From: Carcharhinus amblyrhynchos
Lineage: Eukaryota
Reading direction: 5' to 3'
DNA length: 64,000 nucleotides
Assembly (NCBI GenBank): GCA_965287045.1
Contig: OZ336870.1
Coordinates: 154,690,001-154,754,000, forward strand
Part shown: piece by piece, positions 24,225 through 36,729 of the stretch
Numbering within the stretch: position 1 is the stretch's first letter
Layout: each line of letters begins with the position of its first letter
The notes under the pieces: model-generated
The model's database searches: none
The model's input: only the letters and a program-made list of their open reading frames with translations
What the model was told of the DNA's origin: nothing
Position numbers and translations under genes: made by a program

Positions 24225-25671
24225 ACCTGCCAAATTATTTGCAGCAAGGTTAGCTCTCTTTCCCTCTCCACAATGTGACTTCCATTCCCCTTTCTGTGTT
24301 CTCAAGGGTTATTCCTGAATCTTTGCTCAACTCTTGTGTTTTCTGTTTTCATTTCATATTTTTAGAATTGTAATTTTCCAATTCACAGAAAATCATATCT
24401 GCAAACCTGATTTAAAAATAGTACATGCAAGTGTTTGCTTTTACTGTAAAATCTGCAACTATAGTCCAGCATCATGTTGACATTGTTTCATATTAAAGTA
24501 ATGCTCAACACTGCACATTACTAATTACATTGAGTCAGGGTGGTTATTTAGCAGGTGACAAAACAAAACACAAATCTTCTCAAACTTTGAACCTGAAAAG
24601 GATGGAACAGGGTATTTTCTATATGGTGAATTGATAGAAACAGAGAAAGTCCAAAGGGAATTAGAGGTATCCAGCTACATAACTCATTATTTTCTGTATG
24701 TGTTTACATTTTAATCAAAAAAGGCAAATGGAATGCAGATCTTTAAATCTCGAGGACTGGAATACATAGGTACACGTCATCCTTCAGTTGTACAAATCTC
24801 TGGTTCGATCACATCTGGAATACTGTGAACAGTTCTGAGTGCCACACATCAGGAAGAAAATGTTGGCTTTGGGATGTGCCATCTAGATCTACCCGTACTT
24901 CAAATGTTGAGGGAAGAGATTACATCAAGTCAGGTTGTATTTTCTGGAATTTAAAAGATTAGGGGTGTTTGATCAAAATGTTTCAAGACGCAAAGAGTGT
25001 AATAGCATGAGGTAACAACGAAGAGGTTGCTTAAATCACAAAGGTGATTTATTTAACAGACAAGAAGTAAAGCTACATACAGGCACAGCAACTACAACAC
25101 AAGTCTTCACTCGTTGACACTGAGGGCACTTCGCTCCCTGGGACCTACACGCCTTTTCCCCATTGCCTGTGGTTGACATGATTCCATTCAATAGGCCCCA
25201 GGTGGGCCAATGACCCTCGAATGATTGCCCCTTGAAGGAGCCATGCTACTACATCCCTCCTCCCTCAAGCCCCTCAATAAATAATGGGATAATAACAGGT
25301 ATTTACAATAACAACTATTTACAATAAGCGCTGAGCCACAAGAGGGTGATATGGCAGAATCCTTCATAAAGTCAGTCTAACAGGTGATTCCGAGATCTGG
25401 TGTAATGCCTCAGTTCTCCAAAAGGATTTTTCACTAACAGGCTAGTGGTGTTATTAGGAACAGATGGTTGTTCAAAAATCTCCAAAGATGCTTTAGTAGC
25501 AACACCCTCTCCAGTTTTCTCTGAGGCAACAAGAGAGGCTTCTTATGAAACAATTGGTTCCATCATTTCTGGCCCTGATGAGGAAGTGTTAGTAATAATC
25601 ACTAGATCCTCTTGCTTAGCTGTCAAGGCTGCAGCCTCTCTCCTTATATGATCGATGTGTTTTCTCACCTC

Positions 25672-25852
25672 CAAAGATGTGCGGGTTAGGTTAATTGGCC
25701 ATGCTAAATTGCCCCTTAATGTCCTGGGTTGTGTAGGTTAGATGGATTAGTTGGTAATATATGGGGATAGGGCCTGGGTGGGATTGTGGTTGGTGCAGAC
25801 TCACTGGGCCGAATGGCCTCTTTCTGCACTGTAGGGTTTCTATGATTTCTAT
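25672..25852 (+). mobile_element. 5'-truncated V-SINE nested in the Gypsy element
   Basis: CCAAAGATGTGCGGGTTAGG...GGGCCGAATGGCC...TTTCTATG. Confidence 0.85.
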
Positions 25853-26780
25853 TTCTCTCCCTTGCAGGCTCACTGAATAAGATATGGACTCAGACCTCGC
25901 TACAATTCTCTTCGGTAACCATACTAGTCCAACCTCAAAACTCCCGACAAAAACTAGACTGTTGGATTTGAAAGACCTGTCACCTTTTGTCAAGTCATGG
26001 TATTTCTTTTGCCCAGCTTGCCTCCCCTCCACCCTCCCTTCCAAATTGGGGAAAACCAGGTTTGAAGACATCACCCCATCAACAGTTCAGATGGCATTAC
26101 CCTGGTGGTAATGTGGGGAATGGTGTTGGAATTTGGCCAGATTGACCTACCTGGCTGTTATTTCATCATGGATTTGAACGTTTGCACTGCTGTTCTCACT
26201 GGGCCATTTGAAGCCAGGTGAAAGCGGGCTGTGCAAATGTGCTGGATGCTATTGGTCTATACAAAATGTTGGAATTTTTCCCCTGTAGAGGTGGTGCTGT
26301 TATCTGAAACTATAACCTCTGGGAGGCCATGTATCACAAAGATCTGTCTTAATTTTTTGATGGTGGCTGCTGAAGTCTCTGTATGCATTTCTTGGATGTC
26401 TAACCACTTAGGATGGGTGTCCATCACTACTAATATTGTCCCTCAGAAAGGTCCAGCAAAATCTATGTGCAATCTTTTCCAAGGACAGCCTGGTCATTCC
26501 CAGGGGTACAGTTGAGCTGCAAGCAGCAGGGTCTGTTGTGATTAGCAAAAGTCACAGTAGCGAACCAAACTTTCGATGTATTTTTCTATACCCAGCCACC
26601 AGATGTAGGTTCTGTCTAGCATCCTCATTTTGGTAAATCCAGGATGTGCGCCATGTGGTTCCTGTAGTAGTAGCTCCCTTGCTGGTGGTGGTACCACTAT
26701 TCAAGACCTCCAAAGCAAGACCCCATCTTTGCGACTGAGTTAGTTCTCCCTCAGTTGGTAGAGTTGGAGTTGCTTCAATT

Positions 26781-27056
26781 GGTAGTACAGTGGGTAGCAC
26801 TGCTGCTTTATAGCACCAGAGACCCTGGTTCGATTCTTAGCTTAGGTCACTGTCTGTGTGGAGTTTGCACATTCTCCCCGTGTCTGCGTGGGTTTTCTCT
26901 GGGTGCTCCGGTTTTCCTCCCACGTTCTGAAAGACGTGCTGGTTAGGTGCATCGACCCGAGCAGGCGCTGGAATGTGGTGACCAGGGGAATTTCACAGTA
27001 ACTTCATTGCAATGTTTATGTAATCCTTACTTGTGACTAATAAATAAACTTTACTT
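26781..27056 (+). mobile_element. V-SINE (second tail type) nested in the Gypsy element
   Basis: Head, V-domain, tail CACAGTAACTTCATTGC...AATAAATAAACTTTA. Confidence 0.9.
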
Positions 27057-30000
27057 TATAACGCTGTCCACTTAACTTTTGGCAGGACAATGTCCCTCTG
27101 AGTCCAATTCTTCATATGATTCAAAGATACAGGCAAGGTATCTAAGAAATTTAAAGCTAGGACAATCTCCTGAGGCATCACGATTGGAGCCACAGCCCGA
27201 CAAAGCAGGAGTTGACTCAGAGCCTCAACATTGGCAATCCAAGTCCCCGGCCAGTGTTGAAAAAGATAATGATAGGTAGCCACAAGCAGAACCCACTCTT
27301 GCACCCTAGGCAAAGCAATAGGTGGAATTGGTGTATCTTCACAAAGCGATCCCACTAATGGCTCATGACGAATAATGATGGTAAAATGACGACCATAAGT
27401 ATATTGTTGAAATCTTTTCACCCCATACATGACTGCTAAGCCCTCTTTTTCAATTTGCGAATATCTTCTTTTCTGCATCAGTTAACGTCTGGGAAATGAA
27501 GGCGATAGGTCGGTCAGTGCCACCTTCCATTTTGTGTGATGGGACGGTGCCTATCCCATAGGACAAAACATCTCAAATTAAGATGATCTGTTTGTCTGGA
27601 TCAAAGTGAACTAGTAAATTGGATGATTGTAGAGCCATCTTAGCCTTTTCGAAGGCTCATTTTTTGCGTCATACCAGTGCTGGTTTTTATTTTAGGAGAT
27701 TGGAGCAATATTAATGCCTTTGCACTAAGTTTGGCATAAATCAGCCGTAATAGTTGACCATATCTAGAAATGATTTTAATTCTGTTACATTTCTTGGCGC
27801 AATACCACCTGAATGCTTTTACCTTTTCTTGTAAAGAGTGTAGACTTTTGGCATTAACTTTAAACTCCAAATATGAAGTTCACTGGCCTGAAAAGTGCAC
27901 TTGTCCCTTTTCAGTCTTATACCAGCATCTCTAAACCTCTTCAGGACTTCCTCCAGATTGGCCAGATGCTCTTCCTATGAAGTCCCCATCACCAGAATGT
28001 CACCCAAATACACCCTGATTTTTGGAATTTCTTGCAGCGAATTCTCTATTGTTCATTCGAAAATTGCACATGCAGATGGAATGCTAAAAAGCAACCTTGT
28101 ATACTGGAAAAGACCCTTGTGTGTGTTGATTGTTGCATATTTTCTGGAGTCTTCCTCTAACTCAAGTTGAAGATAAGCCTGGCTTAAGTCAGGCTTTATA
28201 TATGTGAGGCCCCCCACACCAGCTTTGCATAAAGACCTTCTATCTTAGGTATTGGATATCTGTCAAGTTGAGATGCTTGGTTTATGGTGTGTTTATGATT
28301 GCACAAATCCTGAAGATGTGGTTTGGCTTTAGCGCAGGAACAATGGAGGCCAACCATTCAGAGAACTGCAGTGACGTTATAACTCTTAATTCCTCCAAAC
28401 ATCTTGATTCAGCTTCGACTTTCTGGTGGAGAATGGATGGAACGGACCAAGCTCTAAAAAATGTAGGTCGGGACTTGGGGGTTCACATAGATTTTGGCCT
28501 TGGCCCCTTGTATTGGACCACGCCCATTTTGAAAAATGTCTCTGTGCTCGCAGAATTTCTTGAAAGTTGCCATCAGTAATTTATCAGTTTTGCAGCCAAT
28601 TTAGCTTTATCTGTCATGACCAATCCCATCCCATGAGGCTTGGCCTCTGACCTTTCACAACTATCATGGGTAATTGAGCGGATTGGTGTTGAAAGCGAAG
28701 CAGTTGTGGTGCCTAATATCTTGAGGGTTCCTCCTGTATAAGTGACTAGCTGGGCAGTTATACTGCTTAACATAAGGTGCTGGGCTGCTCCTTGTAAGTA
28801 CCCATAGGTTTGTTTACCCATCATCGTGGCAGAAGCACCTGTGTCAACAGTGGTCTGTTCATCATAAAGACTATTTCAATGGGAAACATCTTGCTCAACT
28901 TAACCATGTTTAATTCTCAAGTCTTGGATTCTTCTGAATCTTCCTTTACTTTATCCACTGGACTCAGGGAGTTTTCTTTTTAAACTCTGCCTGGCTGGGC
29001 ACTGCCCTTGAATATGGCCCTTCCTGTTACAATTGTAGCAAAATCTTTGCAATTGCACCTGTCCAGAGGATAATCTCCCTTACACCTGTAGCATTCATCA
29101 AAATTCCTGGACTGACAGCCCATCTTTTTCCTTTGTTTCTGTCCATGCTCACATTCCCAGGATCTCTGTTCAACCTCCTCTGTGCCTGTCACTCAAGATC
29201 GTCATCTAGCAGCTGTTTCCCTCCCAAGTTAATTCACCCCACCTTCCTCTACTCTATAGCTTGAAAGCACTCTTTTTGGAATTTTTGGTGGCTTGAGCAA
29301 ATTCTATTGCTTTGTCCAGGGATATTTTTGTTTTGGCTATTAGTTTCCTTTGAATATTCAGGCTGTTAATGCCGCAGACCAAACAATCGCCTAACATGTC
29401 ACTCAAAGAAGAGCCAAATGCACAGTGCTCAGCCATTTGACAAGGTCTTGCTACAAATGCAGAAGTTGTCTCCCCTGGGTCTCTGTCGGCTGAATTGAAT
29501 TTATGGCATTGCAACATAATAGAGGATCTGGGGTTGTGATGTTCTTTCACTAATGTCACTAACTGGTCAAACGACTAGGTATCCAGAGTATCTGGAGAGA
29601 TTCAACTTCTAATGCTGGGGACCGCATACTATAAGCAGGATAACCTTTTGTTAATCTTCCCCAGTAATATCATTAGTGGTGAAAAAGTACTGAAGCCTCA
29701 CAATGTATTGATCCCAATCTTCAGTTCCTGGTCAAAAGAATCGAATTTTCCTATTAGTGACATTATTTTTCACTCATTGTTCCTGCAGAGACCTCTTCTC
29801 TTTTTGTCTCTGGGGATCTTTGATGACACACCCTTCCCCCTCAAATTCTGAACTGTAATTCAACTTACTCTTGTTGCCAGTGTGATAGAGCGAGGTATCA
29901 ATGAGAATGTTGCTTAAATCACAAAGGTGGTTTACTGAACAGACACAAAGTAGAATTATATATGCTACATAAACTGCAACACAAGTCTTCATTCCTTGAC

Positions 30001-30528
30001 TCCCCGCTCACTGAGGATCCCTCGTCACCGGGACCCACACACTTTCCCCCCCATTGGCCGTGGTTCACGTGCTTCCATGCAAAAGGCACCAAGTAGACCA
30101 TGTGACATGCAATGATTCCTCCTGAAAGGGGCCACATCACCACACAGGGTAAATATAGAGAAACTATTTCCATTGTTTAGGGAGACTAGAGAGCATGGTC
30201 TAAAAATTAGAGCCAGATCTTTCAGAAGTGAAATTAGGACATACAAACAAAGGGTGGTATAAGTTTGCAACTCTCTTCTGCAAATAAAGTTGCTAGATCC
30301 ATTATTAATTTGAAACTGAGATGTTAAATATTTGCTAAACAAAGGTACTGAGGGATAAGGGCAATGCCATGCACTGTATCACTCTATTGATTTCCATTGT
30401 CTCCTCCACCTCCACAGTAGTGATGACTACTGGAGGGTCATGCCTGATTCTCTATCTCTTCCTCGAGTTTTGCACTATTCTGCAAGGATAGAAAGCAGAG
30501 AATTATGGGTATAAGAAATGGAATCTGT

Positions 30529-30760
30529 TGTTATGTAAGGGTGACATTAGTGGAGGGTGACTGGTGATTGTCTCTTTAAAGATCAATCTGCAGACTAAGG
30601 GTCGCATGATCCAGGGAGCAGGGTGGGGGATTCACCTTGGTAAACTTGGGCTTCTATACTCAGAGTCATCTTAAGTGCTGATTGCAACCTCTGTATAATT
30701 TTAACTTGTCAATAAACGAGTTGTATTTTCCCCAAACTGTGAATGAGCATCTTTCCAGTG
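30529..30760 (+). mobile_element. Possible short solo LTR
   Basis: TGTTATGTAA start and AATAAA near the 3' end; no clear TSD. Confidence 0.3.
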
Positions 30761-31107
30761 ACTGTAAGGGATGGACATGAGATGGGAATTATGATATAGG
30801 TGAATGTCAGTAATGGCTGGTCAGATGGGGCTATGTGAGAGATACTGAGAGGTGGAGATGTAGACTTGCACGTACCTTGGTCAATGGAGTGCTGTGCTGG
30901 AGATTGCTGGCGCAGTCTTAGTGTGGTGGTTGGTACTTGAATGCGGGATTCCACTCATCTTTCCTGCCCTGCTAAAACATCAAACTCCTGATATCTGATT
31001 GGCCTGTGAAAATCTAAGTGAAAGTTTTTCTTTCTATTTTTAAACTGCTAAAAATTTATCACAAAATAATTTTAAGGAGAATGTTCTAAGTTTACCAAGC
31101 AGCACAC

Positions 31108-33020
31108 TGTTAGGGTACCAGATCAGAAACCTCGAGGTACATTATGAAGTCAAACGAGACTCCCAACAATTTTTTCTATTTTGGCATAAATGTAAAGAAA
31201 GGATGCTTCACCTCAGAAATAATTCCACTTAAAAAAAGGGATTTAAAAAAGTCAAAACAAGCTTTATTTATAACACAATTTAAGTACATAGAACATAGAA
31301 CAGTACAGCACAAACAGGCCCTTCGGCCCACAAGTTGCGCCGATCACATCAACACCTACCAATCCATAGACCTATCTATAACTCCCAATCCCACTAAATC
31401 CCATATACTCATCCAGAAATCTTTTAGAAGACCCCAGCGAGTTCGCCTCCACCACCACTGACGGCAGCCGATTCCATTCACTCACCACCCTCTGAGTGAA
31501 AAACTTACCCCTAACATCACTTCTGTACTTGCCTCCCCGCACCTTAAATCTGTGTCCTCTCGTAGCGACCATTTCAACCCGGGGAAATAGCCTCTGAGAA
31601 TCCACCCTATCTATTCCTCTCAACATTTTATAAACCTCTATCAGGTCACCTCTCAACCTTCGTCTCCCCAGGGAGAAGAGTCCCAGCTCCCTCAACCTAT
31701 CTTCATAAGGCATGCCTCCCAATCCAGGCAACATCCTTGTAAATCTCCTCTGTACCGTTTCAATAGCTTCTACGTCCTTCCTATAGTGAGGCGACCAGAA
31801 CTGCGCACAGTACTCCAAGTGAGACCTGACAAGGGTCTTATAAAGTTGCAGCATTACCTCCCGACTCCTAAACTCAATCCCTCGATTAATGAAGGCCAGT
31901 ACACCATACGCCTTCTTGACCACATCCTCCACCTGCGAGGCCGATTTAAGAGACCTGTGGACCCGGACCCCAAGATCCTTCTGCTCTTCAACACTACTAA
32001 GACTCCTGCCCTTGATAGTGTACTCGTTCATCCCGTTGGTCCTGCCAAAATGGACGACTACACATTTATCCGCGTTGAAGTCCATCTGCCACTTCTCTGC
32101 CCAGTCCTGCATCCTATTTATGTCCTGCTGCAACTTCTGACATCCTTCCAGACCATCCACAACACCACCGACCTTCGTGTCATCGGCGAACTTACTAACC
32201 CATCCCTCCACTTCCTCATCTAGGTCATTTATGAAAATGACAAACAGCAAGGGTCCTAGAACAGATCCCTGGGGCACTCCACTGGTGACTGACCTCCATG
32301 CAGGAAAAGACCCATCCACAACCACTCTCTGCCTTCTGCAGGCAAGCCAGTTCTGGATCCACAAGGCCAAAGCCCCTTGGACCCCATGCCCTCTCACCTT
32401 CTCAAGAAGTCTTGCATGGGGTCTCAAGAAGTCTTGCAAGTATAACTCTAACAAAATGAAACGCTTTAACTCTTAACTGTTGAACAATCTTTAAAAATGA
32501 AAAGAAACAAACTTAACTTCTAACTTATTGCTACCCAGTTCCAATTTAGCAATGTTTCTCTTTTGAACTTCAATCCCGCTTTAAAAATAGTTAGCAAATC
32601 CAGGCATATTTTGGTTTGACTTGGTTTAACAGCTTTGGAGTTGCCAGAGAAATTTTATAGAAAGAGAGCTACTTGTCGACTTCTATCTTTAAACAGCCGT
32701 CTCCAGGAACTGAACTCAGAAAGCTATTTTTCTCAGCCTCAAACCTATCTCCTTCCATTTCTAGTATCACAAGACTATATGACCCTGTATACCTAACTTA
32801 TCTTTCCATTATTTTAATCAAGAAAACACTCCAAGGGTCTTACTGTTTTGTAAACAAAATATAATTAAGCCTTCTGCAAAATAAACACTTGCATGGCTAA
32901 AAGGAGTAACTATCCTGCTTTCCAGCCTCTGCTGTATTCTTTCCAAAGAAACGAACTGTTTGCAACAAAATATTGCAGCCCCTTCTTAAACACAGGATAT
33001 ATTAATAGCACAGTATCATC
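31108..33020 (-). mobile_element. Probable long solo LTR interrupted by a CR1
   Basis: TGTTAGGG start, TTTATT (minus-strand polyA signal); composition like 40170-41393. Confidence 0.4.
31287..32438 (-). mobile_element. Young 5'-truncated CR1 with open RT C-terminal half and (GTTCTAT)n tail
   Basis: Open ORF with GVPQGSVLGPLLF, FADD, FFTQRVV. AAGTA direct repeat at 31282-31286 and 32438-32442. Confidence 0.95.
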
Positions 33021-33479
33021 AGAGCATTGTCAAGGAATGAATAACTAATTTTGTGTTTCAGCATTTGAATTTTTCCCTTGTCAAGTACCTATGTTTTGTC
33101 ACTTTATGGTAAGGATTGTTTGTTGGATATATTTATCATTTAAAATGCAGCCAACTACAAGGAGTTCTCACCTAAAGGTATTATTGCATTACTGAAAATT
33201 GTGATTTTAAATGAAATGACTATAATCGTAGGTTCCTTGAGGAATTAACATTAAAGCCAGAATTAAGTTCCTTTGGACCGGATATTTCTTGTTGAAATGC
33301 TGTAGCGTACATGTGCACCACTGTTGTTCCTAGCTGAAATAACTTTCACAATAAAATACACCACTAACTATGAAATAAGTACTATATACAATATAATGCT
33401 TAAAATAATTGCAGTACACTCACATACAGAATCATACTTTTAGGTTGACGAGGCTCCATCAAGTGGCAAAAGCTGGTTG

Positions 33480-33514
33480 TGCAGAAGTCCACTCTCAGCC
33501 ACTAGGTGGAGCTC
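33480..33514 (+). promoter_or_regulatory. Candidate CTCF site with upstream motif
   Basis: TGCAG, 14 nt, then CCACTAGGTGGAGCT; matches the CTCF core and upstream-motif spacing. Confidence 0.55.
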
Positions 33515-34220
33515 AGGACTTCAGTGGGAGCTCAGCAGCAATGACCAGGAATGAGGCCAGCGGAAGATCTAGGAGCAAAACTGTCCATAGAATCCAGCAG
33601 CAAAACCACCAGCAAGGGCCAGGAGTGAAGCCATGAGCCAGGAGTGGACCAGGGAGAGCAGACCATACGGAACCATGGTGAGAACAGAGGCATGGAATGG
33701 AAGACAAGAAGCCTTCTTGGGAGCAAAGCTGGTGGCACTGCTGGGAGACAAGACCAGCAGTAGGAAGAACTGGAACTAATAACAAGAGTGCAAGTGCTGC
33801 AGGAAAGGTTATGTGAGCGGGCTGGTCACAGAAGAGGAAGCCTATGGCAAATGATGTTAAAGTCAAATCGTCAACATTAATTGGATATACTTAAAAATAT
33901 ATTAATGAAATTAAAGCAAAACAATACTTTAACAACACGTTTCTATGTTCATTTTAAATTAACATTTTAATATATCTATGTAATCTGTTTGAAAATAGTG
34001 TCTTTGAGCATGTTATCAACATTTGCATTGACAATGCATTTTTAAATTACTTGGGTAGAGGTAAATCCTTCGTTGAAGTAATTAGTTTCATTTGAACAGC
34101 TCACTGAAATGGACATGATTTGATTTCTATTTGCATAGTTAAACCTCAAGGCAACAAGCTCTGAGGGAAGGCTTCCTCTGTTTCATATGGAATAGTTGTA
34201 AAAACGTAGCAAAAAGCAAA

Positions 34221-34320
34221 TCTCCCCTTTTTCTGCAGGTAAGCCATCAATATGTTGCTCTGGCAATCCACTGTTTGTAGGCCCAATTAATGTGCCAATA
34301 TTTGCTGACAAAAGGTAACA
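34221..34320 (+). other. Candidate recursive splice site plus 76-nt RS-exon
   Basis: Pyrimidine tract ending TTCTGCAG|GTAAGC (34238/34239) and a downstream donor AAG|GTAACA (34314/34315). Confidence 0.35.
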
Positions 34321-35314
34321 CAGAGTAGGTCCTGCTTTCATTCATGTGACTTCTACTTGAGTCTGGATGCTGATGTGCTGGACTTGATCACTTTGCTCTC
34401 CAGGTAGCTGTAAGTGCTGGGGAACATATTTCCAGATCTCTGTCTGGTGTTAATAGAAAGTTGTTCTTACATTATTCAGTAATCCCTCCTGTAATGTAAG
34501 TTGTGGCTTGAAGAGGGAAGGATGACCAGGTTGAGTACCAGTACCTTAGTAGCTGTGGACCAGGAACAGGACTGGGTCTTGGTAAAATGGATGTTGTTCT
34601 AATGGATAAGTAATTATCAATGGAGAAGAAAACGAAAAAGGATGTCTGCCAATGAAGGGAAGGGAAATGGCTGGCAATAGGAGTGAAAAGAATGTCAGTG
34701 AAATGGAAAAGAAGAGATGAACAGAGAAGCTGGGAGGACAAGATTTTGGGAGGGAGGGGAGGAGTGTCGCTTGATCTTGAAAGAATGGGAATAAAGGATT
34801 ATGGGTTGGAGGAAGAGCACCAGGTTCAACGGATAGTTGGGGGGTGACAAAAGTACTAGGCAGAATTGAGGGTAGGTGGAAATAGAATGGTGTATGAACT
34901 GCGCAAATTGGAAAAAAATAAATTGTCTCTGAAAAACCAGGCATTTAGTGCATTAGGGAGTTACCATAAACTGGATCTGGAAGGGGTACATTGCCTTTAT
35001 GAACAATGTTGAAGGGGAATAGGTGTGGTAGGATGTTGGAGAATGCAACAATTGCAATACCACTTGATAAGTCATGATCTGTTTAATCAGTTGAAAACTA
35101 AAGTGACACTGTTGTAAATATTAGGATCGATGAACTGTGAAGTGTGAAATTTTCAGTCGGGACCGGAATGTATAAATTGTAATGTGAAACTTCTAAACTT
35201 TCCATGAGTGTGTTCTCACAGATCCTCCCTGAAGTGCACCAACAATTTTCTCCCTTTAATTTGGACTTTATCCTTGTTGATTTGAGGTACATATGAACTG
35301 AAAGGCATTTTCCA

Positions 35315-35525
35315 TTGCAAGTGCTGGAACCTGAAACAAAAATAGAAAATGCTGGAGAAACTCAGCAGGTCTGACAGCCTCTGTGGAGAGAGAATAGAAC
35401 CAACGTCTCAAGTCTGGATGACCATCTATGATGAACATCCAGACTCAAAACGTTGGCTCTATTCTCTCTCCACAGAGGCTGTCAGACCTGCTGAGTTTCT
35501 CCAGCATTTTTGTCTTTGTGTCTGT
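35315..35525. mobile_element. Fold-back Penelope-related mini-element with 11-bp TSD
   Basis: Arms 35346-35406 and 35450-35510 are reverse complements at 60/61 nt. TSD GGCATTTTCCA at 35304-35314 and 35526-35536. Confidence 0.85.
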
Positions 35526-36729
35526 GGCATTTTCCAGTTGCCTTGCTGAGAATGACAATGCCGTCGTTCCAGGGTCTTTCAGTGCGCTTTTGTGAGGTCT
35601 CCCATTGCCTCTTCCTTAAGGTCCTTGTGTATGGACCCTTTTGAGAGTTGCCCTCTATCTCGGATCTCCTCCAATATTCCTGTCCATTGTCCTTTGATTC
35701 TTCTTGTGGTTGCTACTTTAAATGCATTGCATATTAAATATTTAACATTCTAAATGCATTATTATTTTAAGACTGTCATATTTTCTCAATGAGGTGTTGG
35801 CAGTTGCTCATCCTCTATGCTTTCCTGTGTTTTTGAAGTTTTGGGGTGAACCTGCTTCTTCTCCTTTGAACCTCTTTTTAAAACTTCACTTCTTTTTACT
35901 AATGCAAAGTTTTTCAACGATCTCTGCAGCTTTCTTTTTCTCTGGCCAGTTGGAGAGCCCTTTCTTTTCCATTTGATGTGCTTTTTTTCTGTCAATTTCA
36001 CTGGAGACCCAGCATTTTTGAGGTCCAAGGGGCCATTATTTTGTAAGTTTTATAACAGTTTTGTAGAAAACAGGTTGGGGACTTCACCACAAAACTTCAG
36101 AACTTCACTGATTGCAGTCCCTCAGTGCAGGGATCATTACCTGGACCTCCCGGCAAGCTGTCCTATGATCACGTGTCTGCCAATCTCAGCCTTTTCAGTT
36201 TCCTGCACTTTTTAAGAACTCGCTGCAGCTCCTTGGGACACTGTTTCCTTTTCACTTAAGCATTTCTCTCTGTGCTCTCCTATTTTACTTCAAAAAAAAA
36301 CTGCAATAACTTGGTCTTTTTTTTTAACTTAAGTTCCACTTTTCTTTAAACTCCAAATCACAACGCCTGCTTCTGAAAATTATTTTCTCTTGTTTTTTTC
36401 TTTTCTAAACTTCTGTTTTAAAAAAAGAAATGTTTTCTAAACGTTTCTAAACTTTTGACTGTATTGGCCAATTCAAATCGGCTCCACTCCTCAAGGTCTA
36501 GCAACATCTCAAAATCTCATTGGGTCTATTTGTCCAAAGAGTGACATTTGGAAGAGTGCTTTTCTGTTCAGTCTTTGATTAAAACAGCATACTCGCAGGT
36601 GTCAGGCCAATGGTTGTGCCTTCACAATCAATTTTATCCTCGTTGTCAAGAATACAATGGGTATTTATTAATAACATGATCTTCTTCTGCTGTGTTACCC
36701 TTAAATGGACAATCACCACACTTCGATTT

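Larger units (their letters stand above)
24998..30144 (-). mobile_element. Full-length decayed Ty3/Gypsy retrotransposon (probably Mag-like) with two LTRs
   Basis: LTRs 24998-25253 and 29881-30144 share GTTGCTTAAATCACAAAGGTG and CAACACAAGTCTTCA. PBS-like TGGCAACAAG, PPT GAGGGAGGAGGGA. Gag (D.LVCGIN...IQRKL), CCHC knuckle, protease VDTGASAT, RT, RNase H (YSQIEKEGLA), integrase. Many stops. Confidence 0.9.
24630..30365 (+). mobile_element. Old CR1 3' region split by the Gypsy provirus (pieces 24630-24997 and 30145-30365)
   Basis: Left piece has a HLEYCEQF-like motif. Right piece continues RVNIEKLFPL..ETREHGLKIRAR. Confidence 0.75.

Noticed and set aside
34510-35060. Possible old retroelement (PLE-like RT N-terminus) on the minus strand
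   Set aside because: Too decayed; no motif I can confirm.
35540-36720. T-rich block resembling an antisense long LTR
   Set aside because: Could not define both termini or a TSD.
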